From IMG/VR virus record IMGVR_UViG_2870495154_000004, positions 1 to 51,251 of that record: a stretch of 51,251 bases of DNA. One strand, 5' to 3'. The notes under the pieces were generated by a model. It saw only the letters and a program-made list of their open reading frames with translations. It was not told the DNA's origin and ran no database searches. Positions 19,530-35,094 of the stretch are shown piece after piece. Numbering within the stretch: position 1 is the stretch's first letter; the number at the start of each line of letters is the position of its first letter. The position numbers and the translations under genes are program-made. Origin of the DNA: a virus. Its lineage: Duplodnaviria; Heunggongvirae; Uroviricota; Caudoviricetes.

Positions 19530-22105
19530 CGTCCACCTCCGGAGAACAGACCACCATCACGCATCTGTGTCTGAATTTCATCACGGGCACCCTTGCGGGC
19601 CATGTCATACACTGCTTTCATCATCTGTGGACCTGGCAGACCATTCGTACCGTCGTTCTGAATCACCACGTGATTGTTCTGATTAAAATTAATGCCTTCC
19701 GCCCGCCGCATCTGCGCCGGACTTCCGGTGCCACCGACATAACCGCCGGTGGCATAGCCGCGCATCAGCCGGTAGAGATTTCCCACGCCAATCCGGCTGG
19801 TTGCCTCCTTCGTGAAGACAAACTCACCACGGTGAACAATCCCCGCTGGCTCATATTTGCCGCCGGTTCCCGTAAATCCTCCGGTCGCAAAATGGAATTT
19901 CGCCGCAGCTGCCTGAATGGCTGTACCGCCTGACGCTGATGCGCCGCCACCAACAGCCCCGCCAATGGCGCTGCCGATACTCCCGACAATCCCCACCATT
20001 GCCTGCTTAAGCAGAATTTCTGTCATCATGGACAGCACGGAGCGGGTGAAGCTGCGCCAGTTCTGTTCACTGCCGGTCAGCATCGCCGCCATATTCTGCG
20101 CAATACCATCAAAGGTCTGCGTGGCTGCACTTTTTACCTGCGACATACTGTCCGTGGCGCTCTCTTCCCACTCACTCCAGCCGGACTTCAGGCCTGCCAT
20201 CCAGCTCCCGCGAAGCTGGTCTTCAGCCGCCCAGGTCTTTTTCTGCTCTGACATGACGTTATTCAGCGCCTGCGGATTATCGCCATACTGTTCCTTCAGG
20301 CGCTGTTCCGTGGCTTCACGTTCTGCCTGCCGGTCAGTCAGCCCCCGGCTTTTCGCATCAATGGCGGCCCGTTTTGCCCGTTGCTGCTGTGCGAATTTAT
20401 CCGCCTGCTGCGCCAGCGCGTTCAGGCGCTCCTGATACGTAACCTTGTCGCCAAGTGCAGCCAGCTGGCGTTTGTACTCCAGCGTCTCATCTTTATGCGC
20501 CAGCAGGGATTTCTCCTGTGCAGACAGCTGGCGACGTTGCGCCGCCTCCTCCAGTACCGCGAACTGACTCTCCGCCTTCCACAAATCCCGGCGCTGCTGG
20601 CTGATTTTCTCATTTGCTCCGGCATGCTTCTCCAGCGTCCGGAGTTCTGCCTGAAGCGTCAGCAGGGCAGCATGAGCACTGTCTTCCTGACGATCGCCCG
20701 CAGACACCTTCACGCCGGACTGTTTCGGCTTTTTCAGCGTCGCTTCATAATCCTTTTTCGCCGCCGCCATCAGCGTGTTGTAATCCGCCTGCAGGATTTT
20801 CCCGTCTTTCAGTGCCTTGTTCAGTTCTTCCTGACGGGCGGTATATTTCTCCAGCGGCGTCTGCAGCCGTTCGTAAGCCTTCTGCGCCTCTTCGGTATAT
20901 TTCAGCCGTGATGCCTCAGACTCGGCCCAGTCCTTTGCTGCCATCTCTCTGGCCTTTTCAAGATCGGCCTGCAACGTGGCGGCTGAAAGCCCAAGTTGCG
21001 CATTCGCTCTGTCCTCCCATGCTCCCCGGAGATTGGCAAGAAATGCTGAGGTTTTACCGCGCCGGTGGCTCCGGCTCTGATACCACTGCCATTTTTTGTC
21101 CGCCTCATCAAAAGCCTTTTCTGCTTTCTCCAGCATTTCCTGGGCAGTGTCCGGGCGACCAATATCCAGCACCGAATCCCACATGGATTTGAATGCCCGT
21201 GCTGTCCTGTCTGCCCAGGTCTCCAGCGTGCCCATGTTCTCTTTCAGGCGGCGGGTCTGGTCATCAAACCCTTTCGTTGCAGCCTCGTTCGCCGCCTGCA
21301 ATGCCCCGGCCTCATCGCCGGAACGCTGCAACTGAGCAACATACGCAATCTGCTCCGCCGTCACGTTATGGAACTGACGTGCCATCGCTGTCAGTCCCGA
21401 CGTCGGGTCTGTGGTCAGCTTCCCGAAGGCTTCAGCGACCTTGTCCACCTCCACGCCGGATGCAGAGGAGAAACGCGCCACACTCTGGCTGATGGACGCA
21501 ATCTGAGCCTCACCGCTTACCCCCGCCTTAACCAGTGCGCTGAGTGACTCGCTGGTCTGGTTAAACGTCAGCCCTGCCGCCTGCCCGGCTCTGGACAGGA
21601 CCAGCATACGATCTGCCGTCAGCCCGGCCTGATTGCCGGAAAGGACCAGCGTTTTGTTGAAATCGGACAGGGTTGAGTTGCCCTGATACCAGGCATACGC
21701 CAGCGCACCGGTCGCCACCGCCAGCGAGGTGGCCCCCACCATCGGCAGGGTGATCGCACCGGCAAGCCCCCGGAACATGGGGATCATCCCGCCGAAGGAG
21801 TCCTTCACCTGACCCCCCTGTTGCAGCAGGATCAGCCACGGACTTTGCCCGCCTGCAAGCTGCGTGGCCACGTCGGTGAACTGTGCAGGAAGCATACGCA
21901 TGGCGGCTTTATACTGTCCGACGGAAATCCCCGCTTTCTGTGCAGCCAGCGCCTGTCGGCTCAGCGACTGTTCAACGACTGCCGCTGTTTTTTTCGCATC
22001 AGTTTCCGTACCGGAAAAATGACGCCTGACTCTGGCCATCTGCTCGTCAAATCTGGCCGCATCCAGACTTAAATCAACGACCAGATCGCCTACCGGTTCA
22101 GCCAT
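19526..22105 (-). CDS. H: tail tape measure protein H
   Basis: 859 aa, lambda H-like. Confidence 0.9.
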   Translation of the reverse strand: MAEPVGDLVVDLSLDAARFDEQMARVRRHFSGTETDAKKTAAVVEQSLSRQALAAQKAGISVGQYKAAMRMLPAQFTDVATQLAGGQSPWLILLQQGGQVKDSFGGMIPMFRGLAGAITLPMVGATSLAVATGALAYAWYQGNSTLSDFNKTLVLSGNQAGLTADRMLVLSRAGQAAGLTFNQTSESLSALVKAGVSGEAQIASISQSVARFSSASGVEVDKVAEAFGKLTTDPTSGLTAMARQFHNVTAEQIAYVAQLQRSGDEAGALQAANEAATKGFDDQTRRLKENMGTLETWADRTARAFKSMWDSVLDIGRPDTAQEMLEKAEKAFDEADKKWQWYQSRSHRRGKTSAFLANLRGAWEDRANAQLGLSAATLQADLEKAREMAAKDWAESEASRLKYTEEAQKAYERLQTPLEKYTARQEELNKALKDGKILQADYNTLMAAAKKDYEATLKKPKQSGVKVSAGDRQEDSAHAALLTLQAELRTLEKHAGANEKISQQRRDLWKAESQFAVLEEAAQRRQLSAQEKSLLAHKDETLEYKRQLAALGDKVTYQERLNALAQQADKFAQQQRAKRAAIDAKSRGLTDRQAEREATEQRLKEQYGDNPQALNNVMSEQKKTWAAEDQLRGSWMAGLKSGWSEWEESATDSMSQVKSAATQTFDGIAQNMAAMLTGSEQNWRSFTRSVLSMMTEILLKQAMVGIVGSIGSAIGGAVGGGASASGGTAIQAAAAKFHFATGGFTGTGGKYEPAGIVHRGEFVFTKEATSRIGVGNLYRLMRGYATGGYVGGTGSPAQMRRAEGINFNQNNHVVIQNDGTNGLPGPQMMKAVYDMARKGARDEIQTQMRDGGLFSGGGR

Positions 22106-22532
22106 ACCGGACTCCTCCTGCGATCCCTTCTGATACTGTCATCAGCATTACGTCATCCTCCGTCATGTCCGCCACATCCGGGGAAGCGGGGATAACTTCA
22201 TTCCCGTCCGGGCCAAAACGAACGCCTCCGGCAAGCCCTGCCGCTTTCTGCATCAGCACATCATCTTCAGGCTCTTCGTCAGCCTCGCGCCGGTTCAGCA
22301 GACTGAAATCCAGCGGATGCATATCCGGATCGCTGAAAAACAGGCTGAGCACGGTGTACGTCAGCCCGGAAAAGTGCATATCCAGCAGAACATCATGAAA
22401 ATAATGGGTACTGTAAAAGCGGTGCCAGTCGGCATACTCCGTGGATGACATCCCGGCAAGCATGGCACGCCAGTCGGGTCGCCCCATCTCACGCGCCAGT
22501 TTCAGGGCAAAACTCAGCTCACCGTCGAACAC
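22098..22532 (-). CDS. T: tail assembly chaperone T frame (made as G-T fusion by -1 frameshift)
   Basis: ORF in -1 frame relative to G beginning VFDGELSFALK as in lambda gpGT; slippery site just upstream. Confidence 0.8.
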   Translation of the reverse strand: MFDGELSFALKLAREMGRPDWRAMLAGMSSTEYADWHRFYSTHYFHDVLLDMHFSGLTYTVLSLFFSDPDMHPLDFSLLNRREADEEPEDDVLMQKAAGLAGGVRFGPDGNEVIPASPDVADMTEDDVMLMTVSEGIAGGVRYG

Positions 22533-22936
22533 TTTCCCGCAGAAACAGGCTCTGCAGGCCCGGCGTCCTCTGTCTGTTCAGGGGTATTATTCACAACAAA
22601 CTCATACATACCAGACAGCCGGTACACCACGTTTTCAGCATGAGAAATTGCCTCCGTGGGCCAGGTGGTAAGCACTTCCTGCTCAATCTGTTTAACGGCT
22701 TCATTCATGGACGGCATCTGCGTCTTCTGCGGATGGTTATGCCACAGGGACATCGCCACCAGAAACGCGCCGGTTCTGATGGCGTCTTCCACAGTAAACT
22801 TCCGGTTGCTGTCTGACTCCGCCTGTTCTGCCTGCCGTTTCATCAGGGCGAGATGCTCAATACGCTGCAGGGCTGACAGTTCAGAAAGCGTGACGGTCAC
22901 ACCGTTATGTTCAAATGATTCGGTTTTCAGGAACAT
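22514..22936 (-). CDS. G: tail assembly chaperone G
   Basis: 140 aa, lambda G-like. Confidence 0.9.
   Translation of the reverse strand: MFLKTESFEHNGVTVTLSELSALQRIEHLALMKRQAEQAESDSNRKFTVEDAIRTGAFLVAMSLWHNHPQKTQMPSMNEAVKQIEQEVLTTWPTEAISHAENVVYRLSGMYEFVVNNTPEQTEDAGPAEPVSAGKCSTVS
22532..22538 (-). promoter_or_regulatory. programmed -1 ribosomal frameshift slippery heptamer G GGA AAG (G to G-T)
   Basis: minus-strand GGGAAAG, in G frame as G GGA AAG at codons G133-K134. Confidence 0.8.
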
Positions 22937-22951
22937 CGCTGACTCTCCGGA

Positions 22952-23692
22952 TTAACTGGCGGTGACGGTGATTTCTGCAACCGCAGCAAACTCACCATTA
23001 CCGGATACGACCGGAATGTTGACCTTACCTGCAGCAACGCCATTCACGGTGATGGTCATACCACTGACCGACACGGTGGCTTTTGTTTTATCCGCTGACA
23101 CCGCACGGAAGCTCTTGTCGGTTGCGCCTTCCGGCTGGAATGCCACGGTCAGCGTGGTGCTCTTCCCTTTCACTACGGAAGCGCTGGCTGGCGTCACGGT
23201 CATACCGGTTGCCGCTGTTACCGTGCTGCGATCTTCTGCCATCGACGGACGTCCCACATTGGTGACTTTCACCGTACGGGTGATCACTTCCTTCGCCGTC
23301 ACCGCCTTACCGATACTGCTGACCCAGCCACGGAACACATCGACCGTGCCGTTCGGGAAGCGGATTTTATAGGCACGGGTATCGCCTTCATTAAACCACG
23401 CCAGCAGCGCCTGCTGCCCCTGCTCTCCGGGCATCCACGCCAGCGTGAAGCTGGTATCTCCGGCAGATTTCTGCCCCTGCCTGGTCGCGGTCCAGTCTGC
23501 ATCTTCATCATCGAGATAGCTGTCGTCATAGGACTCAGCGGTCAGTTCGCCGGGCGTCAGGTCTTTAACTTTAGCCAGACGCGACCAGTCAACGTCTGAA
23601 AGCGGGTTCGCATAAGGGTCACCGTTCCCCTTATAAACCCACAGGGTGGTCCCGGCCCCTTTCACCGGCATTACTGGATTTGGTACAGGCAT
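22952..23692 (-). CDS. V: major tail tube protein V
   Basis: lambda V-like from MPVPNP; Ig-like C-terminal region. Confidence 0.9.
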   Translation of the reverse strand: MPVPNPVMPVKGAGTTLWVYKGNGDPYANPLSDVDWSRLAKVKDLTPGELTAESYDDSYLDDEDADWTATRQGQKSAGDTSFTLAWMPGEQGQQALLAWFNEGDTRAYKIRFPNGTVDVFRGWVSSIGKAVTAKEVITRTVKVTNVGRPSMAEDRSTVTAATGMTVTPASASVVKGKSTTLTVAFQPEGATDKSFRAVSADKTKATVSVSGMTITVNGVAAGKVNIPVVSGNGEFAAVAEITVTAS

Positions 23693-23699
23693 ATCGTCC

Positions 23700-24095
23700 T
23701 CACATTTCATAGGTAATGACATAAGTCATATCGGCTGAACTCCACAGGCCCGCATCATCGTCGCGCCGGTAGTCATAGCCGCTGGCCACCATACTGGTGA
23801 TCAAATCTGACAGTGCCGGGATATCACTCATCACCGGATAAATCCGGGACTCCATCCACGCATCCAGCTCTGAATCCGGCACCTGAGCAGGCAGGAAAAC
23901 TTCGATATGCAGCTCCGCCTGCCAGGTATCGCTGTCCAGCTCTTCGCCCGTGTATTCAGCGCCGGTGAGATAAACGGCAACTGCCGGAAAATCCGCCTCA
24001 TCAAAAACAGCGGGGCGACCATCAAAAAACGTCGCCCCGGTGTCATGCTTCTCCAGTGCATCCAGTACGGCTGCACGGAGTTCAGTATGTTTCAT
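23700..24095 (-). CDS. U: tail terminator protein U
   Basis: 131 aa, lambda U-like. Confidence 0.9.
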   Translation of the reverse strand: MKHTELRAAVLDALEKHDTGATFFDGRPAVFDEADFPAVAVYLTGAEYTGEELDSDTWQAELHIEVFLPAQVPDSELDAWMESRIYPVMSDIPALSDLITSMVASGYDYRRDDDAGLWSSADMTYVITYEM

Positions 24096-24670
24096 CGCTT
24101 TATTACCATTCTCAGTTGATGCTGCAGCGCATAGCCCAGCTCTTTCGGAAGACGTTCACGCCGTATCCGTTCAATATTCTGTTTAAACGCCGTGGTCAGC
24201 GGCACCGCCATCGGGATTTTCACTACATCAATGGGGTAACGGTTTTTCCCGGCCACACGCTGCATAACATGCCACCGGCCGTTTTTCAGTTGCTGAATAA
24301 ACGCGCCGGGAATACGACGGTTTCCCACCACAAGCACGCTGCCGCCACCTTTCAGGGCTGAACGCTGCCCCTTTTTACGACGCCTGCGTCGGGACAGGAC
24401 AACCCGCGCGTTACCCAGCTTGATTACGGGCAAATCCCCCCGGTTAACTTTGATTCTGGCCTGCGGATTTTTGACCGTGGCCCTTTTCAGCCTGGCCCTT
24501 TCCTTTACCAGTTTCCGGCGCACCTTTGTCTCACGGGCAACCTGTGACGCCGACTGCGATATCGCGGATGAAGCAACGCGGTTAATGGCCATTGCGGCGG
24601 CACCAGGCACCGCCGTTTTGCTGATACGGCTGAGGTTTTCAACGGCCTGCTCAAGACCTTTTATGGCCAT
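24092..24670 (-). CDS. Z: tail completion protein Z
   Basis: 192 aa, lambda Z-like. Confidence 0.9.
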   Translation of the reverse strand: MAIKGLEQAVENLSRISKTAVPGAAAMAINRVASSAISQSASQVARETKVRRKLVKERARLKRATVKNPQARIKVNRGDLPVIKLGNARVVLSRRRRRKKGQRSALKGGGSVLVVGNRRIPGAFIQQLKNGRWHVMQRVAGKNRYPIDVVKIPMAVPLTTAFKQNIERIRRERLPKELGYALQHQLRMVIKR

Positions 24671-24681
24671 ACATCCCCCTT

Positions 24682-25035
24682 TCAGCGGCGACGGTTAACG
24701 GCAGGCGGTACCCCCCGCCCAAGCCAGAGATGACAGCTTCCGCCATCATCCGGCGTAACCCGATCTACCCAGAAGTTTTCCTCACCGATGGTCAGCGTGT
24801 CTCCACGCCGCAGCTGCCGCACATCATCAGTCCGGACAAACAGGGACGGGCTGGAGCCTTCAACGCGCACGCCCTGTCCGGCATAGCTGATATTTTCAGG
24901 GTCATCAAAAACACCACGTATTACTGCGCCGGACTGCTCACCGGATGTCATGGTGGCTGACGTTCCCATGTACCCGCGTATCGTTTCATCGGCGCGGGCA
25001 ATGGCAGCATCGAACAGGTTATCGAAATCAGCCAC
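24682..25035 (-). CDS. FII: head-tail joining protein FII
   Basis: 117 aa, lambda FII-like. Confidence 0.9.
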   Translation of the reverse strand: MADFDNLFDAAIARADETIRGYMGTSATMTSGEQSGAVIRGVFDDPENISYAGQGVRVEGSSPSLFVRTDDVRQLRRGDTLTIGEENFWVDRVTPDDGGSCHLWLGRGVPPAVNRRR

Positions 25036-25046
25036 AGCGCCTCCCG

Positions 25047-25442
25047 TTATTGCATTCTGGCCAGGCCGCGCGCTGTCATTTCAGCTGCCACACCGGCAGA
25101 GACACGGAACGCCGTTCCCGGCAGCACAAATGCCACAGCCTCATCCCGCGTGGCGTGAAGTGCATCAGTATGCAGCGTCACCAGTGCCACAACCGTGACC
25201 AGAGCAGCCGTATCAGTCACGGTATCCGTCTGCGCTGATACCACCTCATTTTCATGTCCGGTCAGCGCATTTTCCCGGCTGACAGACGTGTCCAGACCGG
25301 CTGCGTCATCCGTGTCATCAAGCTCCTCTTCCAGCTCTGCCACACGGAGCGCCAGTTCTTCTTTCGTCCCCGTCAGGCTGACATCACGGTTCAGTTGCTC
25401 ACCCAGCGACCGGAGACGGGCAATCAGTTCATCTTTCGTCAT
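25047..25442 (-). CDS. FI: DNA packaging protein FI
   Basis: lambda FI-like from MTKDELIARL. Confidence 0.85.
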   Translation of the reverse strand: MTKDELIARLRSLGEQLNRDVSLTGTKEELALRVAELEEELDDTDDAAGLDTSVSRENALTGHENEVVSAQTDTVTDTAALVTVVALVTLHTDALHATRDEAVAFVLPGTAFRVSAGVAAEMTARGLARMQ

Positions 25443-25483
25443 GGATTCCTCCACAGAGAGAAAATGGCCCCGAAGGGCCATGA

Positions 25484-26509
25484 TTACGCCAGTTGAACGG
25501 ACACGAACTCATCAGGATCAGCCAGCAGCATCAGCGGTGCTGACTGAATCATGGTGAACTCTCGCGCCGGATCGCCGGATGTCTTCCAGTTTTTCGGATA
25601 ACGGGGAGACGCATTAATACCCTCACTCAATGCATCCGCATCCTGAATACAGCCATAGGTGCGCAGACCGCGTGCATGAGTGTTACCCAGCACCATCGTG
25701 TTGTCCGGCAGGAAGTTCTTTTTGACGCCGTTTTCCACGTACTGTCCGGAATACACGACGATGGCCACATCGCCATACATTCCCTTATAGGACACCGCTT
25801 TGCCCAGGTCTTTTACCGCTGTCTCCAGTTCGGAATGAGAGCCGCGACGGGTATCCAGCTTCTCCCTGACGGCTTTGAAGGAACGGAACAGCGCCCAGCC
25901 TTTCGGGTCAAACACGATGATATTCACCACGCCGCTGGCGTTCAGCGCGTAGGCTTCGATATCGTCGGTCGGGTCATACGTGGACTTGTCACGCTTGCTC
26001 CACTCCGTGACGCCGGACTGTGTGATGTTGTTCGCCGCACTGCGGCCCATATCCACCTCAACCGGATCGAAGGCTTCACCGGTCATGGTGTATTTGCCCT
26101 TGAGCACGGCAGAAACGGCCTGCATCTCTTCGACCTGAGCAATGGCCAGCTCTTCGTCTCGCATGTTCTGCATGATGATGCGACGGCGGCGGTAAGCCGG
26201 GTCCGCCAGATTCTGTGGATCTTCATCCGGCAGGCGACGCAGGGTCATCTGCGGATTCACCTCATGCTTGGGTTTGACATATCCCGGCGTAAATTCAGAG
26301 GTGGAGCCGCCACGGGAACGGATAACCTCACCGGAAACAATCGGCGAAACGTACAGCGCCATGTTTACCAGTCCCGGAATTTGTGAGAGATAGACTTTCT
26401 CCGTAGTGAAGGGATAGCTCTCACGGAAAAAGAGACGCAGAAACAGCGGATCAAACTTAAATTTCTGCTCATTTGCCGCCAGCAGCTGGGCGGTTGTGTA
26501 CATCGACAT
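25484..26509 (-). CDS. E: major capsid protein E
   Basis: lambda E-like from MSMYTTAQLL (341 aa). Confidence 0.95.
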   Translation of the reverse strand: MSMYTTAQLLAANEQKFKFDPLFLRLFFRESYPFTTEKVYLSQIPGLVNMALYVSPIVSGEVIRSRGGSTSEFTPGYVKPKHEVNPQMTLRRLPDEDPQNLADPAYRRRRIIMQNMRDEELAIAQVEEMQAVSAVLKGKYTMTGEAFDPVEVDMGRSAANNITQSGVTEWSKRDKSTYDPTDDIEAYALNASGVVNIIVFDPKGWALFRSFKAVREKLDTRRGSHSELETAVKDLGKAVSYKGMYGDVAIVVYSGQYVENGVKKNFLPDNTMVLGNTHARGLRTYGCIQDADALSEGINASPRYPKNWKTSGDPAREFTMIQSAPLMLLADPDEFVSVQLA

Positions 26510-26564
26510 AAAAAAATCCCGTAAAAAAAGCCGCACAGGCGGCCTTTAGTGATGAAGGGTCATG

Positions 26565-26897
26565 TTAAACGATGCTGATTGCCGTTCCGGCAAACGCGGT
26601 CCGTTTTTTCGCCTCGTCGCTGGCAGCCTCCGGCCAGAGCACATCCTCATAACGGAACGTGCCGGACTTGTAGAACGTCAGCGTGGTGCTGGTCTGGTCA
26701 GCAGCAACAGCAAGAATGCCAACGGCAGCACCGTCGGTGGTGCCATCCCACGCAACCAGCTTACGGGTGGAGGTATCCGGCATCAACGGAGTCATTGCTG
26801 GCGTTTTCTTACTCAATCCGCCGGGCGCGGTTGCGGTATGAGCCGGGTCACTGTTGCCCAGCGGCTGGTAATGGGTAAAGGTTTCTTTGCTCGTCAT
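26565..26897 (-). CDS. D: capsid decoration protein D
   Basis: lambda D-like from [10 protein letters not shown]. Confidence 0.9.
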   Translation of the reverse strand: MTSKETFTHYQPLGNSDPAHTATAPGGLSKKTPAMTPLMPDTSTRKLVAWDGTTDGAAVGILAVAADQTSTTLTFYKSGTFRYEDVLWPEAASDEAKKRTAFAGTAISIV

Positions 26898-26906
26898 AAA
26901 CATCCC

Positions 26907-28206
26907 TTACACTGGTGTGTTCAGCAAATCGTTAACGGCATCAGATGCCGGGTTACCTGCAGCCAGCGGTGCCGGTGCCCCCTGCATCAGACGATCCAGC
27001 GCAGTGTCACTGCGCGCCTGTGCACTCTGTGGTGCTGCGGCCAGAATGCGGCGGGCCGTTTCCACGGTCATACCGGGGGTTTCTGCCAGCACGCGGGCCT
27101 GTTCTTCGCGTCCGTGAGCCTCCTCACAGTTGAGGATCCCCATAATGCGGCTGTTTTCTGCCGCAACCGCAGCGGTGATCTGCGCGTTCACGTCCGGCTG
27201 CGCCGCGCTGGCGTTTTCGCCCTCCGTCGCTGGCACCACGTCAGTAACGTCAGCCTGAGAAGCAGTGGCTGAAACAGTTGTTGATTGAGTCTCTTTGGTC
27301 ATTCGCCCTCCTGAGAGACGGGATTTACGTGCATCCAGTGCATCACGCATAACGGTGATCGCATCGGTGCTGTTGACAAGTTCATCAGCCAGTCCGGCAT
27401 CAATGGCCTCCTGACCGCTGTACACTGCAGCCTCGGTATCCAGCACAGCCTGCACGGACAGGCCGGTATATGCCGACACCTTCTGCGCAAACATCCGGCG
27501 GGTTGCATCCATCCGGGACTGCAGTGTCTCCCGGACGTCATCCGGAAGATGGCTGTAGGGGTTGCCATCCACCTTATGGCTGCCGCTGTAAATCAGCGTG
27601 ATTTCCACGCCCTGTTTCTCCAGCGCAGCACCGTAATTACTGTGAGCCATCATGACGCCGATGGAGCCTGTCCGGGCGGTCTGCGTGACCAGACGCCGGG
27701 AGGCGGCGCTGGCAAGCAGCTGACCTGCACTGCAGTTCATGTCGTTGGCCAGCGCCCATACCGGTTTTATGTCTCGCACACGGGCGATGATGTCAGCACA
27801 GTCAAATGCTCCCGCCACCATCCCGCCCGGTGTGTCCATATCGAGCAGAATGCCGTCCACCATCGGATCGCTGGCAGCCTGTTGCAGACGGGCGATAATG
27901 CCGTTGTAACCGGTCATTCCCGAATACGGCTGCAGCGCCCGCGTCCGGCTGACCAGCGTACCGGACACCGGCAGCACGGCGATGCCGTTCATGACCTGAT
28001 AACTGCGGGCCTGTCGTGGTCCGTCATCATCACCGGATAACGCCAGCGCCGCGGGTGCCTCTCCGGCAGTCAGGCTGTCGCCGGACACCGCATCCGTCAG
28101 GCGACTGATCCCAAGCTGGCCTGCAAGCGCACAAAAGAAAACCCGCGCATAGGCGGGTTCAAGCATCAGCGGCTCATTAAAAGCCATGCTGGCAATATGC
28201 GGGAGA

Positions 28207-28226
<20 letters not shown>
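26907..28226 (-). CDS. C: capsid assembly protease C (scaffold Nu3 encoded in-frame in its 3' part)
   Basis: lambda C-like from (V)TAELRNLPH, probable GTG start; 20-nt overlap with B as in lambda. Confidence 0.9.
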
Positions 28227-31907
<3,681 letters not shown>

Positions 31908-31933
<26 letters not shown>

Positions 31934-32453
31934 TCAGCAACCCCGGTATCAGTTCATCCAGCGCGGCTGCTTTGTTCATGGCTTTGATGATATCCCGTTT
32001 CAGGAAATCAACATGTCGGTTTTCCAGTTCCGGAAAACGCCGCTGCACCGACAGGGGGATCCCGTCGAGAATACTGGCAATTTCACCTGCGATCCGCGAC
32101 AGCACGAAAGTACAGAATGCGGTTTCCACCACTTCAGCGGAGTCTCTGGCATTTTTCAGCTCCTGTGCGTCGGCCTGCGCACGCGTAAGTCGATGGCGTT
32201 CGTACTCAATAGTCCCTGGCTGGAGATCTGTCTCGCTGGCCTGCCGCAGTTCTTCAACTTCCCGGCGCAGCTTTTCGTTCTCAATTTCAGCATCCCTTTC
32301 GGCATACCATCTTATAACGGCGGCAGAGTCATAAAGCACCTCATTACCCTTGCCACCGCCTCGCAGAACGGGCATTCCCTGTTCCTGCCAGTTCTGAATG
32401 GTACGGATACTCGCACCGAAAATGTCAGCCAGCTGCTTTTTGTTGACTTCCAT
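31908..32453 (-). CDS. nu1: terminase small subunit Nu1
   Basis: 181 aa, lambda Nu1-like. Confidence 0.95.
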
Positions 32454-32630
32454 TGTTCATTCCACGGCCAAAAACAGAGAAAGGAAACGACAGAGGTCCA
32501 AAAGCTCGTTTTCAGCACCTGTCGTTTCCTTTCTTTTCAGGGGGTATTTTAAATAAAAACATTAAGTTACGACGAAGAAGAACGGAAATGCCTTAAACCG
32601 GAAAATTTTCATAAATAGCGAAAACCCGCG

Positions 32631-32642
32631 AGGTCGCCGCCC
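32631..32642. other. cosN 12-nt cohesive-end sequence (lambda type)
   Basis: minus-strand GGGCGGCGACCT at the lambda-equivalent distance upstream of Nu1; flanks match lambda left and right ends. Confidence 0.85.
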
Positions 32643-32841
32643 CGTAACCTGTCGGATCGCCGGAAAGGACCCGCAAAATGATAATAATTATCATCTACAT
32701 GTCACAACGTGCATCTACTCCATCAAACCACGTCAAATAATCAATTATGACGCAGGTATCGTATTAATTGATCTGCATCAACTTAACGTAAAAACAACTT
32801 CAGACAATACAAATCAGCGACACTGAATACGGGACAACCTC

Positions 32842-33075
32842 ATGTCAACGAAGAACAGAACCCGCAGAACAACAACCCGCAACATCCGCTTTCCTAACCA
32901 AATGATTGAACAAATTAACATCGCTCTTGAGCAAAAAGGGTCTGGGAATTTCTCAGCCTGGGTCATTGAAGCCTGCCGCCGGAGACTGTGCTCAGAAAAA
33001 AGAGTTTCGCCTGAAGCAAACAAAGAAAAGAGTGACATTACTGAATTGCTCAGAAAACAGATCAGACCAGATTGA
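32842..33075 (+). CDS. small ribbon-helix-helix-like protein (YlcI/YnfO-like, DUF3950-type)
   Basis: 77-aa ORF MSTKNRTRRTTTRNIRFPNQMIEQINIAL..., the type found beside cos in lambdoid prophages. Confidence 0.55.
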   Translation: MSTKNRTRRTTTRNIRFPNQMIEQINIALEQKGSGNFSAWVIEACRRRLCSEKRVSPEANKEKSDITELLRKQIRPD

Positions 33076-33116
33076 AGCAATTTAGATAATCGTGCAGACT
33101 ACGCCCCTCATATCAC

Positions 33117-33542
33117 ATGGAAGGTTTATCTATGGATCAGGTAGTCATTTTTAAACAAATATTTGATAAAGTTCGAAACGATTTAAACTATCAATGGTTT
33201 TATTCTGAGCTAAAACGTCACAATGTCTCACATTACATTTACTATTTAGCCACAGAGAATGTTCATATTGTATTAAAAAATGATAATACAGTGTTATTAA
33301 AGGACCTAAAAAACATTGTGTCTGTCAAATTTTCAAAGGATAGGCATCTTATAGAAACGACCTCTAATAAGCTGAAATCCAGAGAGATCACATTTCAGGA
33401 ATACAGAAGAAACCTTGCTAAAGCAGGAGTTTTTCGGTGGGTTACAAATATCCACGAACAAAAAAGATATTACTATACCTTTGATAATTCATTACTCTTT
33501 ACTGAGAACATTCAGAACACTACACAAATATTTCCGCACTAA
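33117..33542 (+). CDS. hypothetical protein (YbcV/YdfO-like, DUF1398-type)
   Basis: 141-aa ORF in AT-rich DNA, followed by hairpins at 33551-33580 and about 33800-33830. Confidence 0.45.
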   Translation: MEGLSMDQVVIFKQIFDKVRNDLNYQWFYSELKRHNVSHYIYYLATENVHIVLKNDNTVLLKDLKNIVSVKFSKDRHLIETTSNKLKSREITFQEYRRNLAKAGVFRWVTNIHEQKRYYYTFDNSLLFTENIQNTTQIFPH

Positions 33543-34033
33543 ATCATAACGTCCGGTTTCTTCCGTGCCAGAACCGGACTCGCTGGCATGATGAAATATG
33601 TGTACCCGGTAACCCCGGTGTGCATCGTTTTTGATTATTCCCGCACACTCGCGCAGAAGGAGTTCCCCGTCGGGCTACGGTCTCTGTTAATACGGGAATA
33701 CGGCGACGATACAGCGCATGATGTGTCAGGCTTGAATACCTTTATCCTTTAAAAGGGATATCAGTTAAGTTATCCCGTGTAGGGTATAAGCCATTATCAA
33801 AGCCACTCTGTAGGGAGTGGCTTTTGTAATGGCAATAAAAAGCCCCGCGAATACGAGGCTAAATCCTGGTATTTGTAATGACTGGCTCTTATTTCAACGC
33901 AGCCCCTTACCGCGCGCCAGATGCTCAACTTCAAGCATCAGCAATGAGATGTTTAATCTGGATTCACTCCAGAAGTGATCACCACCCTGTCTACAGAGCC
34001 AAATGTGAAGGATGATGAGTAAAATTATCGCTA

Positions 34034-34516
34034 TCATCGAAGGCATTGCGTCCTGATATATTCCTGAAGCGTTCTTAGTGCTGTCTGGTCTCTGATGATT
34101 CCGTCCCGGATACCGAGAACGTTTCGTCCAGCAACTGGAGAGAGTTCGACGGTGGCATCATTGCCCATGCCGGAGGCGCTGGAGGTTTCGGCTGAGGATG
34201 GCACAGAGCATTTTCCTTTGACGAGCACCCAACCACCATTATCAAGCTTGCGCCGAAGAGCATCATTTTCAGCTTTCGCATCAGCCAACTCCTTCGTGTA
34301 TTTAGCATCGAGTACATCAGCAGCACGCTGGCGTTGCTGCATGTCAGTAATGGTGGCGGTCGCCTGCTTCAGCTCACTGACTTTTTTATCACGCTGTTCT
34401 TTGTAGGCGATGGCGTTATCACGGTAATGATTGACCGCCCACGACAGGCAGACGATGATGCAGATAACCAGAGCATAAATAATCGCGGCGACTCTGCTCA
34501 CTGATCTATCCCCCAA
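34034..34516 (-). CDS. Rz: i-spanin Rz
   Basis: lambda Rz-like N-terminal TM segment and coiled coil. Confidence 0.85.
   Translation of the reverse strand: MGDRSVSRVAAIIYALVICIIVCLSWAVNHYRDNAIAYKEQRDKKVSELKQATATITDMQQRQRAADVLDAKYTKELADAKAENDALRRKLDNGGWVLVKGKCSVPSSAETSSASGMGNDATVELSPVAGRNVLGIRDGIIRDQTALRTLQEYIRTQCLR
34075..34281 (-). CDS. Rz1: o-spanin Rz1 (lipoprotein, embedded in Rz +1 frame)
   Basis: [21 protein letters not shown] lipobox and proline-rich segment, nested in Rz. Confidence 0.75.
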   Translation of the reverse strand: MRKLKMMLFGASLIMVVGCSSKENALCHPQPKPPAPPAWAMMPPSNSLQLLDETFSVSGTESSETRQH

Positions 34517-35031
34517 CAGGCTAATGCGCTTTCCTGGTCACGGCGAATAACCTGTCCATAGCAGTTATTTGAACGTATGCGGCAATCGCGCCCACCATCT
34601 TTTATCCACCAGCGAATCGCCTCGCATGCACCCTTACGATCACCGGCATTCAGCCGCTTATAAAACGTCGACGGGAAACACTTACCGGGGCCAATGTTAT
34701 AGGGACAAAATGACGCTATACCCGCTTTCTGTGGTTCGGTCAGTGGTACTTTAATATTGCGCTCCACCCATGCCAGCGCCTTATCACGCTCAATGGCGTT
34801 GACCTGGTCGCATTTTTCCTTCGACAGTTTCATACCGGGAAAAACGGGTTTTCCATCCACCATCGTGGCACCCCGACAGATGGTCCAGATGCCGGACCCA
34901 TCGCGGTATGCCGTTGTGTGGTTACCTTCTTTTTCATCCAGAAACTGGTCGAGAATATCAGGCGCGGGCGCACCGACGGCAATCAGTGCCAGAACGGCAG
35001 CCGACAGGCCGTATCTGATTTTTGCGTTCAT
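34498..35031 (-). CDS. R: SAR endolysin (lysozyme, phage 21 R-like)
   Basis: 177 aa; N-terminal SAR-type hydrophobic segment; T4-lysozyme-like region. Confidence 0.85.
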   Translation of the reverse strand: MNAKIRYGLSAAVLALIAVGAPAPDILDQFLDEKEGNHTTAYRDGSGIWTICRGATMVDGKPVFPGMKLSKEKCDQVNAIERDKALAWVERNIKVPLTEPQKAGIASFCPYNIGPGKCFPSTFYKRLNAGDRKGACEAIRWWIKDGGRDCRIRSNNCYGQVIRRDQESALACWGIDQ

Positions 35032-35094
35032 GGATATTTATCAGGATTTATCGGTTTCTGCCCACGGACAGGTTTATCTGTTCCGGTCAGTGAC